A stretch of DNA of 64,000 bases, from positions 2,418,001-2,482,000 of the forward strand of contig NC_134036.1 of assembly GCF_964204645.1 (NCBI RefSeq). Reading direction: 5' to 3'. Position 1 is the stretch's first letter, and every line of letters starts with the position of its first letter. A program made the translations under genes and the position numbers. Source of the DNA: Tubulanus polymorphus. Taxonomy: Eukaryota > Animalia > Nemertea. Below are positions 11,516 to 25,343 of the stretch, in pieces. A model generated the notes under the pieces. That model saw only the letters and a list, made by a program, of their open reading frames with translations. It was not told the origin of the DNA and ran no database searches.

Positions 11516-12286
11516 TATGTTGTGTAACAGCAGCGAGGTTGGAAAATTGAATTCTTTCATTAACTTTTACGTCAAATAACAATGAGTTATGAGAAATAGA
11601 TGAAATAGCGAAAAACTTTGATAGGTTCACGAGAAATCGATAAATTTTCCAATTTTCAACATAACCATTTCTAACCTTTTTTTTAAACCTGAGTCATTAA
11701 CGGTTTTCCGTAAATCACGGACAGTCCTCAACACACACTCATTCACCGGCTGTCAGACTTCGAAATCTGTCAGACGGCGAGAGTGATAAATTATTGCTTA
11801 CAGAACAGCTATTATCGGAGCAGGAAGAAATCGATTTTTAAAGGCAAGCTTATCGTCTGACTGTCTGAAAATTTGTACCAAATATGGTAATAGACCCCGA
11901 CGACAGTCGACGCGTTGTCAACGCGAACCGAGGTGATTGTTGGAGACGGTGTCTCTGGTTTCTCGTAGTTCGGTCACAAGCAGTCTGGCAGCTGCCACTG
12001 AACTTTGTCGCTGCTAATGTCAGTTTTTTTTTAGTTTTGTTATGTTGTGGCTGAGGAAATTTGATCAAGATTGACGACAGCTAGAAAATTAAAACGTCGC
12101 CTCAGTTGTTTATAGCAAGAACGCAATCAAAGTGTTTGGAGTTTTTTCCCCAGAAAAGATTGCTCGCCACTTGATGTGGGCACCCTAGTGACATAACCCT
12201 CAGGGCTGCTAACCTCTGAAAAGAACTATCAGAAACAAGTTGAACTTGTTTTTCAGGCACATTTCATTGAAATATGATGAAAGAAA

Positions 12287-13030
12287 ATGTTCAAATTAAT
12301 CAGTAATCAACAGTAAGACCCTTAGTAACATCTTTCATATTTCTGTTCAAATTAATCAGTAATCAACAGTAAGACCCTCAGTAACATCTTTCATATTTCT
12401 GTTCAAATTAATCAGTAATCAACAGTAAGACCCTCAGTAACATCTTTCATATTTCTGTTCAAATTAATCAGTAATCAACAGTAAGACCCTCAGTAACATC
12501 TTTCATATTTCTGTTCAAATTAATCAGTAATCAACAGTTAGACCCTCAGTAACATCTTTCATATTTCTGTTCAAATTAATCAATAATCAACAGTAAGACC
12601 TTCAATAACATCTTTCATATTTCTGTTCAAATTAATCAGTAATGAACAGTAAGACCCTCAATAACATCTTTCATATTTCTGTTCAAATTAATCAGTAATC
12701 AACAGTAAGACCCTTAGTAACATCTTTCATATTTCTGTTCAAATTAATCAGTAATCAACAGTAAGACCCTCAGTAACATCTTTCATATTTCTGTTCAAAT
12801 TAATCAGTAATCAACAGTAAGACCCTCAAAAACATCTTTCATATTTTGGTACGCATCAAACAAATCTAATCAGTAAGACCCTCAGAAAGAAAATGTTCAA
12901 ATTAATCAGTAATCATCAGTAAGACTCTCCGTAACATCTTTCATATTTCTGTTCAAATTAATCAGTTATCAACAGTAAGACCCTCAGTAACATCTTTCAT
13001 ATTTTGGTACGCATCAAACAAATCTAATCG
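12287..13030. repeat. 56-bp minisatellite, ~12 copies
   Basis: Unit GTTCAAATTAATCAGTAATCAACAGTAAGACCCTCAGTAACATCTTTCATATTTCT (starts 12345, 12401...). Confidence 0.96.
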
Positions 13031-14012
13031 GTATTTCTTGACTATATTTCAAATCATTGTTTACCATAGTTATGTGGTTTTGGGTTCTCTGATGATGAAG
13101 TCAAAACTTCAAAACTGTCGGAAAATAAACTGTTCAATCACCATCTGTGCGTTTTGCTCATTAAATCAAATCAGTATTTCCGGAGAATGTTTGACAGGTC
13201 ACAATTCAGTAAGTTCCGTATCCTGCAACCTTTTTTTGATATCGTCGACGAAAATTGAAAGCTATTTTTCATCCACACTTGACCGCGCATCGGTTTCAAG
13301 CACCGTCTATGACGTCATCATAGACTGTTTCGATTACCGTCAACGTCTCGAACGTTAAAAGGGCTGAAACGTTTTCGCGAAGTGGATCCGTCAAGAACCA
13401 TGCGGCTTGACTTTCAGAGAATATGAAACGTCTGACGCTCATCGCCCGCGGGCGCAGTTTTAAATTCGGTGCCCAATTAGTCTATACTAATCATTTTTAA
13501 AACGATACCATAATTGGATAGATCTCTTTCCGTCCGGGGGCCAAGTTACCGAAGTCATTACTTGAATCAGAAAAGGGCAACGGGAAATCTCAAATTAGAC
13601 ATTAAAAAAAAATTTTGAGGCTTAAATACGAGATACAATAGTTGCAGACCCTTAAGGTTTTCAACCTCTGAGGAACAATGAGAACTATTTGTTACAGATA
13701 CTGAGATGAAGTAAGATGAATTGAATTTTCCAAGTCAGTAACCACCGTATGGATACCTTGAATTTATAATGTGCTCGCGGGTCGAAATGGAAACCAATTC
13801 TTTCTGGGGTGACAAAAAAATAACAGAGTTGACAAGCACTTCAACGTGGTGACAATCAGTTCGAAGTTAGCGAAGCGATGTTTTATTTCCTGCAATCAAC
13901 GTTGAGGCTAAGTTCTGATTCACGCACGCGCGCCAAAACTCAACATCGCAATCGTGTTTCTTTTTAAGTTGGTTGAAAAAACGGAATAAAACATGTTTTT
14001 GTCCTGTTGCAC

Positions 14013-14327
14013 GTTAGCACACCTGGTGGATCCTCACTTGCCACAAGCGGAATCCTCTATTGCCGCAGTATTTAATGTCCTACTGTCTATTGCCACAGCA
14101 GGTGATGTTTGTATGTACAATAGCGACATCTGGAGGATCCTCACTTGCCACAAGTGGAATCTTCTTTTGCCGCAGTAGCTGATGTCCTACTGCACACTAG
14201 CGACACCTGGAGGATCCTCACTTGCCACAAGAGGAATCTTCTATTGCCACAGCAGGTGATGTTTGTATGTACACTAGCGACACCTGGTGGATCCTCACTT
14301 GCCACAAGTGGAATCTTCTATTGCCAT
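14013..14327. repeat. Four-copy structured repeat (~77-105 bp period)
   Basis: TAGCGACACCTGG(A/T)GGATCCTCACTTGCCACAAGTGGAATCTTCTATTGCC repeated. Confidence 0.9.
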
Positions 14328-14699
14328 TGTAATATTCGTTGAAACATAAGGTTTTTTAAAATTTTACGGCAATCTCAACCAATGAACTGTGTCGCTTGAT
14401 TGAGATTATACTCTTTACCGGGGTAAGCGTAATTGACTGGTAATTTTTCGTGAAATTAAGTGAATTATTCACGCTGCTGCCGCTGCTGCTGCCGTGGAAA
14501 CGAAGTTGCCAATTTACCGGGAGTTTCGTCAATTTATCGTCGCCGTTTGAGACGTCGCAAATTTCTAATTATCGTCGTCAAAATCGTGAAACGAAGAAAT
14601 TAATTTTGTCGCCGAGGAAGAAAATAAGTGAAGCTGGAATGCGCCGGAAACATAGAGAACATCGTTTTTTACATTTCAGAAAAAAATTCTCGATTTCAA

Positions 14700-15168
14700 A
14701 TTTTTTTTAAATTGTATATAGTGGGTTTTTATCTAATTATAAAGAACAATCGCATTTTCTCTGACATTTCCACAATTTCTAGCTTTTTTTAGTAACTTAG
14801 ATTAGAATTTTCTAAATTTTTTTTAAATTGTATATAGTGGGTTTTCATCTTATTATAGAGAACAATCTCAACAAATCTCTCTGACTTTTCCACAATTTCT
14901 AGCTTTTTTTTAGTAACTTAGATTAGAATTTTTTAAATTTTTTTTTAATTGTACATAGTGGGTTTTCATCTTTTTATAGAGAACAATTTCAACAAATCTC
15001 TCTGACTTTTCCACAATTTCTAGCTTTTTTTTAGTAACTTGGATTAGAATTTTTTAAATTTTTTTTTAATTGTACATAGTGGGTTTTCATCTTATTATAG
15101 AGAACAATCTTAACAAATTTCTCGAAATTTTCCACAATTTATAGTTTTTTTGTAACTTGGATTAGAAA
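14700..15168. repeat. ~120-bp AT-rich tandem repeat, 4 copies
   Basis: AATTGTA(T/C)ATAGTGGGTTTT..TTTCCACAATTTCTAGC..GATTAGAA repeated. Confidence 0.93.
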
Positions 15169-15747
15169 TGTATATCGGCACTTAAAACAAAGGCAACTTC
15201 AGTAATTTGATGACTGATCATCAGAATGATGACTTGTAACAAGTTCAGAGTGAGAGAAACAAAAAGAATTTCCATCTCGAATCAACCGTATAATATTGAT
15301 TAACAAACACCAAACGATGAAGAAGATGAGAGGCTGAGTTACCGTTGTGAAAAAAATCCCATCGCCCGTTACATCACAGAGCAGCAGTAATAAACCGAGG
15401 GTAAATCGCCCGATTTGCCCGTACGCCCGGTAGTTAATTACTAGTCAATTACGCCGATTAATTGCCAATCAACGCTACAAACGAGATTCTCAACGAGATT
15501 CTCGCGACGAGACGATGATGACTGGAGCGAATTATCTCGAATTGCGAATCGTCATTGACGGAAACCTTTTATCAGTGAGAGACTGATTCAACAATTACAC
15601 CGGTAACCAACGCCGACGATACAACTTACTCTCATTCCCAGAGTAAAATAGACTAATTGAAATATCTGAGGGGGTCGAAATGCAGTGGTGCCCCCTATAA
15701 TTGCAACCACCTCAATCGCCGATCACATGACTATATTTGTACTTTGA

Positions 15748-15855
15748 TTTACGATTTCAAAATCAAACCTTCTGTTTCGCTCCCGGCAGGTGTGGTGGGA
15801 TTGTCGAGGACAACACAAATAAATAACAGGGTCAATCACTATTTTAAGATAAAGA
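15748..15855 (+). mobile_element. Dispersed repeat, SINE/retroposon-like 3' fragment
   Basis: TGTTTCGCTCCCGGCAGGTGTGGTGGG..CTATTTTAAGAT+A-rich, shared with 51235-51380 and, inverted, 62106-62228. Confidence 0.65.
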
Positions 15856-17181
15856 AATTTTTTCAAAAGTATTTGTCTAAATTCGGCAGAAAATGGGATG
15901 CCTTAGAATTCTTGTGTAAGGAGGAGCTCAAGGAAACATTTTCAGACTTACTATGGGGGTTGATAGAGGAGGTTTGGAGGAAAATGGTCGAGTCGGTTTG
16001 GGGCGCTTACGACCGTTTTCTGAAGCAGAGCTCCGCTATACTATGAGACGGATGCAGCTATTTGAGGAGGTTCGTTATTCCGCGATGCTACAAGCGTGTT
16101 CGTATATTCCCGATATCAGCTGAAGAGTTAAGCCACAAATTATCTATTCTATCAGCGATCAGCTGTCATAAACCGGTACACCGAGAGAACGGGGGTAGAG
16201 GTTTTATTAACGACAAGTTCGAATTTACGACACTATGCTGAATGTTACATCTATAAATAATGAATGTAAACAATGTATTCAGTTCTCAGGTGGACAGGAG
16301 TAAGAAGGTGTACGGAGGACAGGACGAGAGAGGTGTTTATTGCGAATTCCACCGCGCGCTTGTTACAAACAGCGGGTGATCGTAAATACACGCGGCAACC
16401 ATCGAAGAAATTCGATTACCATCATCAACAGCAGCCCGCGTGGGACGTGCCCGGGTCCGTCGCTAACCGCGAGTCAACCGGTGCGTTCAATTTAACCAAA
16501 CGGCACGTATTATTGCGGTCTATAAATTGGTTGCCGAGTTTCCCATCAAAACGCACACAAGTCCAGATGGTCGGTTGTTTTTATGTCTCTATATCAGCCA
16601 TTCGGGGGTATGAACCAATAAAATTATGTTCAGTTTTTATCGTAAGACGTGATCTTCTTGAAAAATAATTACATAATTTCGCAGGAGGGATGGCACAGAG
16701 GAGGGGGAGGAGGAGGGAGTGCGCAACGTCCCAGAAATAGAGAAGACATAACAAAAATGTTTTTATGATCGTAACACATCATGAATACGCAGTAGTCTGG
16801 TACCAGCTGATCACGACGCTGTGTATGACTGTTCTAAACCGCAATCTACTGAATTAGAGTCGCGACAAACTCCGTCAGGCAAAAAAAAAAACAAAACCGC
16901 GATCGTCGTTATTAAACCTCTCTGAATCTGACATAAACAATTATAAAAACTTTACCGAGATTAGTTTTTTTTTTCTTCTGGCACAATAGCTAAAAAATCT
17001 CTACCATGACCTCCGAGTGGGGTGAGTGAACGCATGTAAATTGCTCCTGTTCACTGCAAGATGAACAGAAAACATATTGCTTCTCATAATGAAATAGACT
17101 TAATTCTTAAAAAAGATCTATTCAAGGTCCTGATGAAATAATTGTTTGGGTGACAAGGGTACCATCAACCCCCATAGTAAG

Positions 17182-17624
17182 TCTGAAAATGTTTCCTTGA
17201 GCTAGTGTAGTTTATTCAACTTTTCAAATATCCTAATAGTCATCTTCAGGAATGTATTCTTTAAACTGGTAGTTTATTCAACGTTTCGACTAAATCATAA
17301 TAGTCGAAACGTTTGATAAACTGCACTAGCTCAAGGAATACAGTATTCCTGAAGATGACTATTAGGACATAGTCGAAACGTTGAATAAACTACACTAGCT
17401 CAAGGAATACAGTATTTCTGAAGATGACTATTGTTATATAGTCAAAACGTTGAATAAACTACGCTAGCTCAAGGAATACAGTATTCCTGAAGATGACTAT
17501 TAGGACATAGTCGAAACGTTGAATAAACTACACTAGCTCAAGGAATACAGTATTCCTAAAGATGACTATTGGTATATAGTCAAAACAATGAATAAACTAC
17601 ACTAGCTCAAGGAAACATTTCAGA
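17182..17624. mobile_element. Second hammerhead-unit array with head-to-head inversion (Penelope-like/retrozyme-like insertion)
   Basis: Same 69-bp unit as 700-1537; ~1.5 units on minus (17182-17305), 4.5 on plus; intact plus cores at 17344-17387 and 17482-17525; both ends finish in CTCAAGGAAACATTT(T)CAGA. Confidence 0.8.
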
Positions 17625-19429
17625 TTCGTTTGATCCTCGTGCAAGGATTTTATATCATTTTTTACAACACAGACTCAGGGTGTTTCATCAATGGTTTTAC
17701 CATTATAACGAATTAATTACCAGTTCCAGCTCCAGGAAAACATTCAGACCCTTTTTATTGTAATTGTTGGATTTGGAATAATCTTTTTACAACACCAGAC
17801 TCCGAGCGTTTCTACAGGATCAACGGCGCCAAAATTGATTTCACTGATCCAGATATAAAAACATTGGGATGTAAAGAACAAAATTGATTAAACATTATGT
17901 AAGTTGAATGCGCGTCCTTCTGCCGAACCCACAAGGCCATTAAATCGAAAAGCTCAGAATAAATCTTAATCGATACCAGACAGCGCAACAAAAGGACTAT
18001 TAATAAAAATAACCTTGACAACGACGACGAACGCAGCTGGAAAAAAATCATGTCATCGGAGTTGGTTACAAGATTTTCCTTTTTGAGTTGGCGATACCAG
18101 ACAAACGGTCCGGGAAACGGGGTAACATGAAAATGTGGACACTGGCCTGTTCGACACACGAGTTAGCAATAATCGATGGATGGTGTGACCACAAAAATTG
18201 GGGAAAGTCTTGATGTGAAAAAATAGATGTTTGAAGTTCGAAGAAAAGATTGTCTGTTGAGACAAATCAAATGAAAGAAGTGGACAGAAAACATTGGGAA
18301 AAAATGTTCTTGAAAATAAGAACAAAACCGACTATTTACAAAGTTAAAAGTCTAAAAGCAAAGATTACAGGTCGAAATAAAAGAATACAATACAAAGAGT
18401 TTTTTCTATCTGAAAAACATCAGTGGGACAAATAAATTCGGGTTTTGTACAACCAATCAACTAAGATACACTGACGAAAATATTGTTTAAAAATGTTCTT
18501 AAAAATAAGAATGAAACCCACAATTTTCAAAGTTAAAAGTTTAAAAGCATAAATTAATGGTCAAAATATAAAAGTTGCTGAAAAGTTGGAAGGATGATTA
18601 CAACAAATTTTACTCTAGTCCCACTGGTTAACTGTAAACAAATTTTGAGTAACTGCAGCCCCTGAAGGTTTCGTTTTGATATGGCAAGTTTGAACTAATG
18701 TAGCAACAGCAGTAGTAGCACAATACACACATATAATACCCCAGAGTACTGCAGAAGGCTTCTAAAAGTAAACTAGGTCATTGCAGTTACTAACACAGTG
18801 AACTGAAACTCAATATGGGTCACGAGATGCACACATTAAATACTCGAGGAGAATGCACCACACGGCCCTAGAGTCAGTCCCTGGCGGATGTTCAATTTTA
18901 TTCTCATTGTTCAACCTCTTATTTATAAGCGGGTTTTCAACAATTCTTCAATACAAAAAAAAGGTGAGTGTAGTTTGTGTTTAATTGCTGCCTAATGTCA
19001 TTGAAACTGTTATGTTGATGACTGGTCCAACAGCATGGAAAAAATCCACATTCATACCCGCCATCCCAATTATACCCTTTGGATATAGACGCCTCCAGTT
19101 CCCAATAACTCAGCGCCAGTCCTTTCTGGTCCTGATAAGACTTTTATCAGGTATATATGTACTACCATAACTGACTGAGCTAGGCCACCTGATGTTCTCT
19201 CAAGTCAAGTGGAAATAGACATGATTAGTACTATATCGGATAACTATACTATTTGACGCACCAGCTTTCGCTACTAACAATCATAGAGTAACTTAAGCAG
19301 GTTAATGAGTCACTCGTTCACCAGATAAATGGTATTTATGGATCGTATTTATTCCACACTGAGTTTAACACGCGGCTGCTCAGCTACGAACCGAGTTATC
19401 TATCGTAGAAATACCCTCATTTCTCAACC

Positions 19430-19450
19430 GTCTCTGTGGCGCAATCGGTC

Positions 19451-19496
<46 letters not shown>

Positions 19497-19503
19497 AGGG
19501 ACG
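19430..19503 (+). tRNA. trnN-GTT: tRNA-Asn (GTT)
   Basis: GTCTCTGTGGCGCAATCGGTCAGCGCGTTCGGCTGTTAACCGAAAGGTTGGTGGTTCAAGCCCACCCAGGGACG, then a T-run. Confidence 0.97.
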
Positions 19504-20028
19504 TGATTATTTTTTAAATTTTTTTTTTATTTCGATTAATTGGAACTTTTTTGGTTAAACATGACAGAGTATGTATCAAATTTTACCAGGGAATCTCAAC
19601 GGGGTCCTGGATCTGGATTGTCGAATGAGAATCCAACAGAGATAATTTTGGAAAGACAACAGAAATACTATGTATGACTTCCTTGAAATAGAGAACAAAC
19701 CCAACACTGCGACATGTAAACTAGATTTAACTATCAAAGAATTAAGTAAAATATCAACGAACATTAAACTATCTACGTACAAAATTACATTATTTATTGA
19801 TCGCAAAATTCAGAGGACGCAACTTTTCACATTTTCTCTAGATATCATTGTCAGGAGTGAAGCACTAAAAACAAGGGGTATAAAAACTAATGATAACTAT
19901 GGATAAATATAATCGTGATAAATTTAGCAATAAGATTAAAAAATAGACAAAGCAAATAGTAAGAATAAAAGATATACAAATTTGCAGTATTATTTTAGTA
20001 TTTATTAATTCTTTAAAAAATTTTAAAA

Positions 20029-20101
20029 AGGCACCGCCCGGATTTGAACCGGGGATCTCCTGTTTACTAGACAGGCGCTTTAACCGCTAAGCCACGGCGC
20101 C
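20029..20101 (-). tRNA. trnT-AGT: tRNA-Thr (AGT)
   Basis: GGCGCCGTGGCTTAGCGGTTAAAGCGCCTGTCTAGTAAACAGGAGATCCCCGGTTCAAATCCGGGCGGTGCCT, then TTTT. Confidence 0.96.
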
Positions 20102-21597
20102 GCTCGCTTCTATAACAGTCTAGTGACCAGAAAGTCCTTTAGCAAGAATAGAACGGTCACAATTTTTATCAAGTTCCTTCAAGAACCTTCAACCTTGAGG
20201 ACCATGTGACTAGAACAATACTGACAGTTGGGATTTCGGTGATGATCAGTAACCGGGCAACTGGGAATTGTCCCGATAACGACGAGACGAACGCCAGAAC
20301 AAGGAATACGTCACGTTTTTATCCAACATGTCAGAAACCAAGTAACGCACACGTATAAATAGGGATTTTGGGATTTCGAGATTTTCGGATCGACTCAAGA
20401 CGATCCGAAGACACTTCAATTATAGAATAGATAGATGAATATATATGGGAATCAATGAAGGGACAGAGCGTTAAAATCGCAACGTTTGACATTTCCGATA
20501 TTATTGCTCGATCGCGATCTGTTAATTCTGCCCGACTCAAGAAGTTTATCTCCACACAATCTAACGACCTCCATGGACAACGTACTCATCACTTTTACCG
20601 CTGTTTAACGCCATTCGAAAAGTAAATTTTTGTCAGATAATGTTCTATTGTTGTTAATTTTGCTGTGAGGACTTATTCCAGGGCGGCCGCTTTTTGTTGT
20701 CATGGTTTTTCCCTGACTGACTAAAATCCTAACATGCACACGTTGTTTTCCCAAGGAAACTGTTTGACTATACCCGCAATCCAGTAATCTCGATAAATTT
20801 CCCCAACTCCTCCATGATTTATAGCTTTTTAGAAAACCCCTGACTTTTTTTAAAGAAATGAAAATTCCCTGACTTTCCCCGATTTCCTAGTAAGCGGCGC
20901 CACCTGTAATGAAGATTAAAACCAACACTCTACGCTCAACAAGTTGAAAAAGATGCGGGAACAAAAAAGTAATCTTGCTGTTGCCGCCGCCGTCGACATT
21001 ATTACTCAATAATGGTATTTGCAGTGAACGCGTCGACAAGTGACAACACAACGTTCAACAAAATGAACGTAGAATAAAAATACCACAAACGACGCCGATG
21101 ACGACAATGAGGACAATGTTTGAACGCGATGTGAACGCGCTGAACTATTCACAACACAGATGAGCTAACGTTTAAACGTAGATCACAGCGATACGTTAAA
21201 CGTTCATTCTCCGTCCGTCTCGTCGGAGCAGACGTAATACAGACGAGTGAACGCTTGACGCGCAGATCACACGGCAACGTTACGTTCACTATCCCTACTC
21301 AGATCAGAGTCGTAACGTTATGACGACGTAAAAGACAACATCTGAAGCGCGCGATTTGTTACATTGTTGTTAAACGAAACGCGCGAATAGAATCTCGTTG
21401 ATCAAAAGCCGTCGCTGTTTACGTTTGTACTAAACGCCGTTCAGTTGGTCGGGGTATTTTTTCATCAGGACGCGGGGTTGTGAGATATGTTGTTATCCGC
21501 TCGGCAAGCTTCACCCGATAATGGGTTCGTAGTCGATTTTTCTTTTAAGTTGAAAAAAGAAGACAAACTGCAGAATCACAAATCCGGCTTGGTAAGC

Positions 21598-21667
21598 GGC
21601 GCCATGGCTTAGTGGTTAAAGCCCCTGTCTAGTAAAGAGATCTCCGATTCAAATCCGGGCAGTGCTA
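21598..21667 (+). pseudogene. tRNA-Thr (AGT) pseudogene
   Basis: Colinear with intact copies, but 3-nt deletion in the anticodon stem and acceptor/T-arm substitutions. Confidence 0.85.
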
Positions 21668-21725
21668 TTTTAGATATAATTATGTCACCACAAAAAGAAC
21701 GCTGTCCTTAAGCTTAAGCCTGAGC

Positions 21726-22022
21726 TAAGACTGGTCTTACGTTGTTAAGATTGGTTATACAACTAAAACAGGCTTAGGTTGATGGCCTTGTGTTGGTTAT
21801 AAAACCAAAATGAGCTTAAATTGGTCCGAAGTTCTTAAGATTGGCTACAGAACGAAAATGAACTTGGTCTTAAGTTGTTAGATTGGTTAAATAACAAAAT
21901 GTCTTAAGACTGATCTTAAGTTGTTAATTGGCAAAAGAACTAAAATTAATTTAGACTGGTCTTAAGTTGCTAGTTTGGCTTTAGATACTGCAAAATGAGT
22001 TTAGACTGATCTCAAGTTGATA
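21726..22022. repeat. Degenerate 47-bp tandem array related to the MITE at 27753
   Basis: AGACTGGTCTTAAGTTGTTAGATTGGTTATAGAACTAAAATGAGCTT-like units; reverse complement lies inside 27753-27887; also at 31376-31640 and 49140-49230. Confidence 0.8.
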
Positions 22023-23571
22023 GTTTGGCCGTTTGTCTTGTCAAAAACCATGTAACAGTTCATTTGGACTCGTGCTGGTATCATGCCATACGCGCTATAA
22101 GACACTAATGTAGGTGTTTCTAAAATCCCGCAGCGACCACGTAGAACGTTTATTGTTACGGTAAATAATAGGCAATATTCATTATATCTCGCAGCGGAGC
22201 ATCCCCGGGATACGGGATACTGATATATCATCTCTCGCCCCACGTGCTCGCTTTACCTATAAACCGCTCGCGGAGAAAATAGGTAAAGCAATCGTCATCT
22301 GAGGTCCGCAAGTCGCCAGGAGACGCGGGTTTTATAGCGTAACAGGAGAAAGATTTAACATCCAGATGGAGAATGGGGAAATCAGTGATACTCATGGGAG
22401 AAGAGTGGGAGTTGAGAGGGGAAGGTGAAAGGGCATTGAGATGGAGAGGAATGGGTGAGGAGAGAGAGAAGCAGAAAAGGAGATGGAAAGGCTAGAGGCA
22501 AGGTGAGTTGAGAGGTGGAGGCATTGAGAAAAGGCATTGCGATTGAGAAAGGTCGTGGAGTGGCAAAGGAATGGTGAAGAGAGAGAGAAGAGGGAGATGG
22601 AGAGGGAAAGGGTGAGGGATGGTAGGAGAGGCTCAAAGCAGAGGAGAGGGAGTGAGAGGAGATAGGGGCATATGGGAGACAGTTACTAACAGAGAGAGAC
22701 AGGGACAGGGGTAGGAGGCAGCTGGGAGAGGGAGACGGTTACAATAAGGGAAATGGAGAGGGACAGGAAGGAGGCGAGAAAGATGGCAGATTTAAGGGAG
22801 ATGATAGGGATAGATAGGACAGTGATGAAGATGGAAGTGAGAGGGACAGCGAAGATAACAGAGGACAGACAGGAAAAGGCTGAGGTCAGAGGGGACAGAT
22901 GAAGACCACGAAGACAATTCCCGACTTGTATTAAATGAATGTTTGAATCAATCGAATGCAAGCTGTTGCACTGTGGTGTTCTGTGACTAGATGGACAAAT
23001 AGATAATAAACAAAGCATAAACAGCAACTGTTTATACAACGACAGGATAAAATCAACTGAATAAGTGAAAGACTTGTGGTCTTTATTTCTGTGTCTATTT
23101 TCCTGCCTTTCGTCAAATGCCTGCTAATGAAAATACCACAGATACTGTTATAACTAGTAACAGCAATGGAACTCAAGGTTGATGGCACATATTTATCTCT
23201 CAGTTTAAACATAAGACACATCTACGGTGCAATTATTGACAGACATTATTGTAGGTGCTCAATGACAAAACAGAGGATCTGCCTTTGAAAGATTTCCAAC
23301 CACAGAAAAAAAATCTTAGTTCTTATAGGAAGTCGCTTGCATTCGTGACTGAATAAATCACTGACATCGTTTTAAACAATCGATAGACAATATCAATATC
23401 GCCATATCAACAATCAATAATACACACTGTTCATACGGTGTTTATTTGTAATTAGAAAATCTCGCTCTCCTCCAGCAAAGCGTGCAATTGATAATATCCG
23501 GAGTGTAACTATATATGCAGAAAACCTGAGGATATCCACTGACAGCGTAGTTTAGTCTTTCAATCATTAAC

Positions 23572-24026
23572 GATGGGTTCAATCTGATCCTTGTCGTGTA
23601 AGCCATTTTAAAGCATAACATCATAGCACGGCTTCTAAACCACCAGTCAAGGCTTATAACAAAAAACCAAATTTGGGCAGGGTTTTGATTGACAGTCTCC
23701 TCTGAAGGCGCTAGCATAGTCTTACAATCAGTAACAATGGGTTCAATCTGGTCCTTGTCATGTTAGCCATTTTAAAGCACGACATCATAGCACGGCTGCT
23801 AAAGCTTATTGCACCAATCAAGGCTTACACCCAAAAACCAAATTTGGGCAGGGTTTTGATCGAAGGCGCTAGTATAGTCTTAGGATCATTTACCATATGT
23901 TCAATCTGATCCTTATCGTGTTAGCCATTTTAAAGCACGACATCATAGCACGGCTTCTAAACCACCAGTCAAGGCTTATAACCAAAAACCAAATTTGGGC
24001 AGGGTTTTTATCGGTGGTCTCCTCTG
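23572..24026. repeat. ~160-bp tandem repeat, 3 copies
   Basis: TTCAATCTG(A/G)TCCTT at 23578, 23742, 23900; AAAACCAAATTTGGGCAGGGTTTT three times. Confidence 0.92.
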
Positions 24027-24511
24027 ATTTCAGAATTCTCGTCTAGCCGTTTTTACCCATGTATAAACCATGCACCCCCAGATATTCCTGTTCTATGGTG
24101 AGAATTTTTGTCACTATAAACCAGATTCTCAAACCCTACACCCCAGTCAGGTCCATGGTGACAATTTTTTCCGCTCCTGTAACAGCACCGTAAATCATAT
24201 ACCTTCCTATGTTCTATGGTGGCAATTGTAACATGACCTAAACTCATAAACCCCTTCTGTTTCATGGCGACATTTTTGTCAATTGCAACACGACCTCAAA
24301 CCGTGCACACCCATCTGTTTACGATGATCAGAAGCAAACACAAGAAGAAGTCTTTCTTCTCATTCGTGATAAAGAAAGACTTTTCGAGGCATTTCTGTCA
24401 TCGCCAACTATGTTTTCTTTTTTCTTTGAAAATAGATCCCAGTGTTTTGATCATTTCGAACGGCCAATAACCGCAGAAGAGTCAAACTATTAAAACACAG
24501 AAGCAAACGGA

Positions 24512-24853
<342 letters not shown>

Positions 24854-25343
24854 GGTATTAATTAACCAGGAAGGAGACATACTGTGGCAGGTGATTACTG
24901 CCAATATTAATGATATATCGATAGACAATCTAAATATCAAATCAAACAAGAGATAGAAGGGAGACAAGGGAGAGAGGGGAGAGGGGGGAGAGAGGGAGGA
25001 GAAAGATTAGGTACTCTTTCTGGAGAAATATATTAAGTAATTGAGATCTCGTCCGGACGATTATCTCATATCAGTAACGGCGATTGCGACGCTGAGATGA
25101 GAAAAATCGCCAACCGATGTTGACTAAGATGGATGCAGTTTGACTGATCTGCCTGAAGCAGCTTCTAGCAGCTCCATAAATCACAACTTGCATCCGTACA
25201 ATCGCAGAGTTAAGGAAGTAATTGAAAACTACAACTATTACTTACAATCGCTTTGATATTTCTATGTAAGTTATTATCTTGTCACAGTGGTTATCGACTA
25301 TAGTGACCTAATAATATCATTACAGGTCATAGTAGACACAAGC

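Noticed and set aside
23572-24026. Twister-ribozyme-like words (GCC..GGUUAUAAGCC) on minus
   Set aside because: Could not form P2 or the pseudoknot partners.
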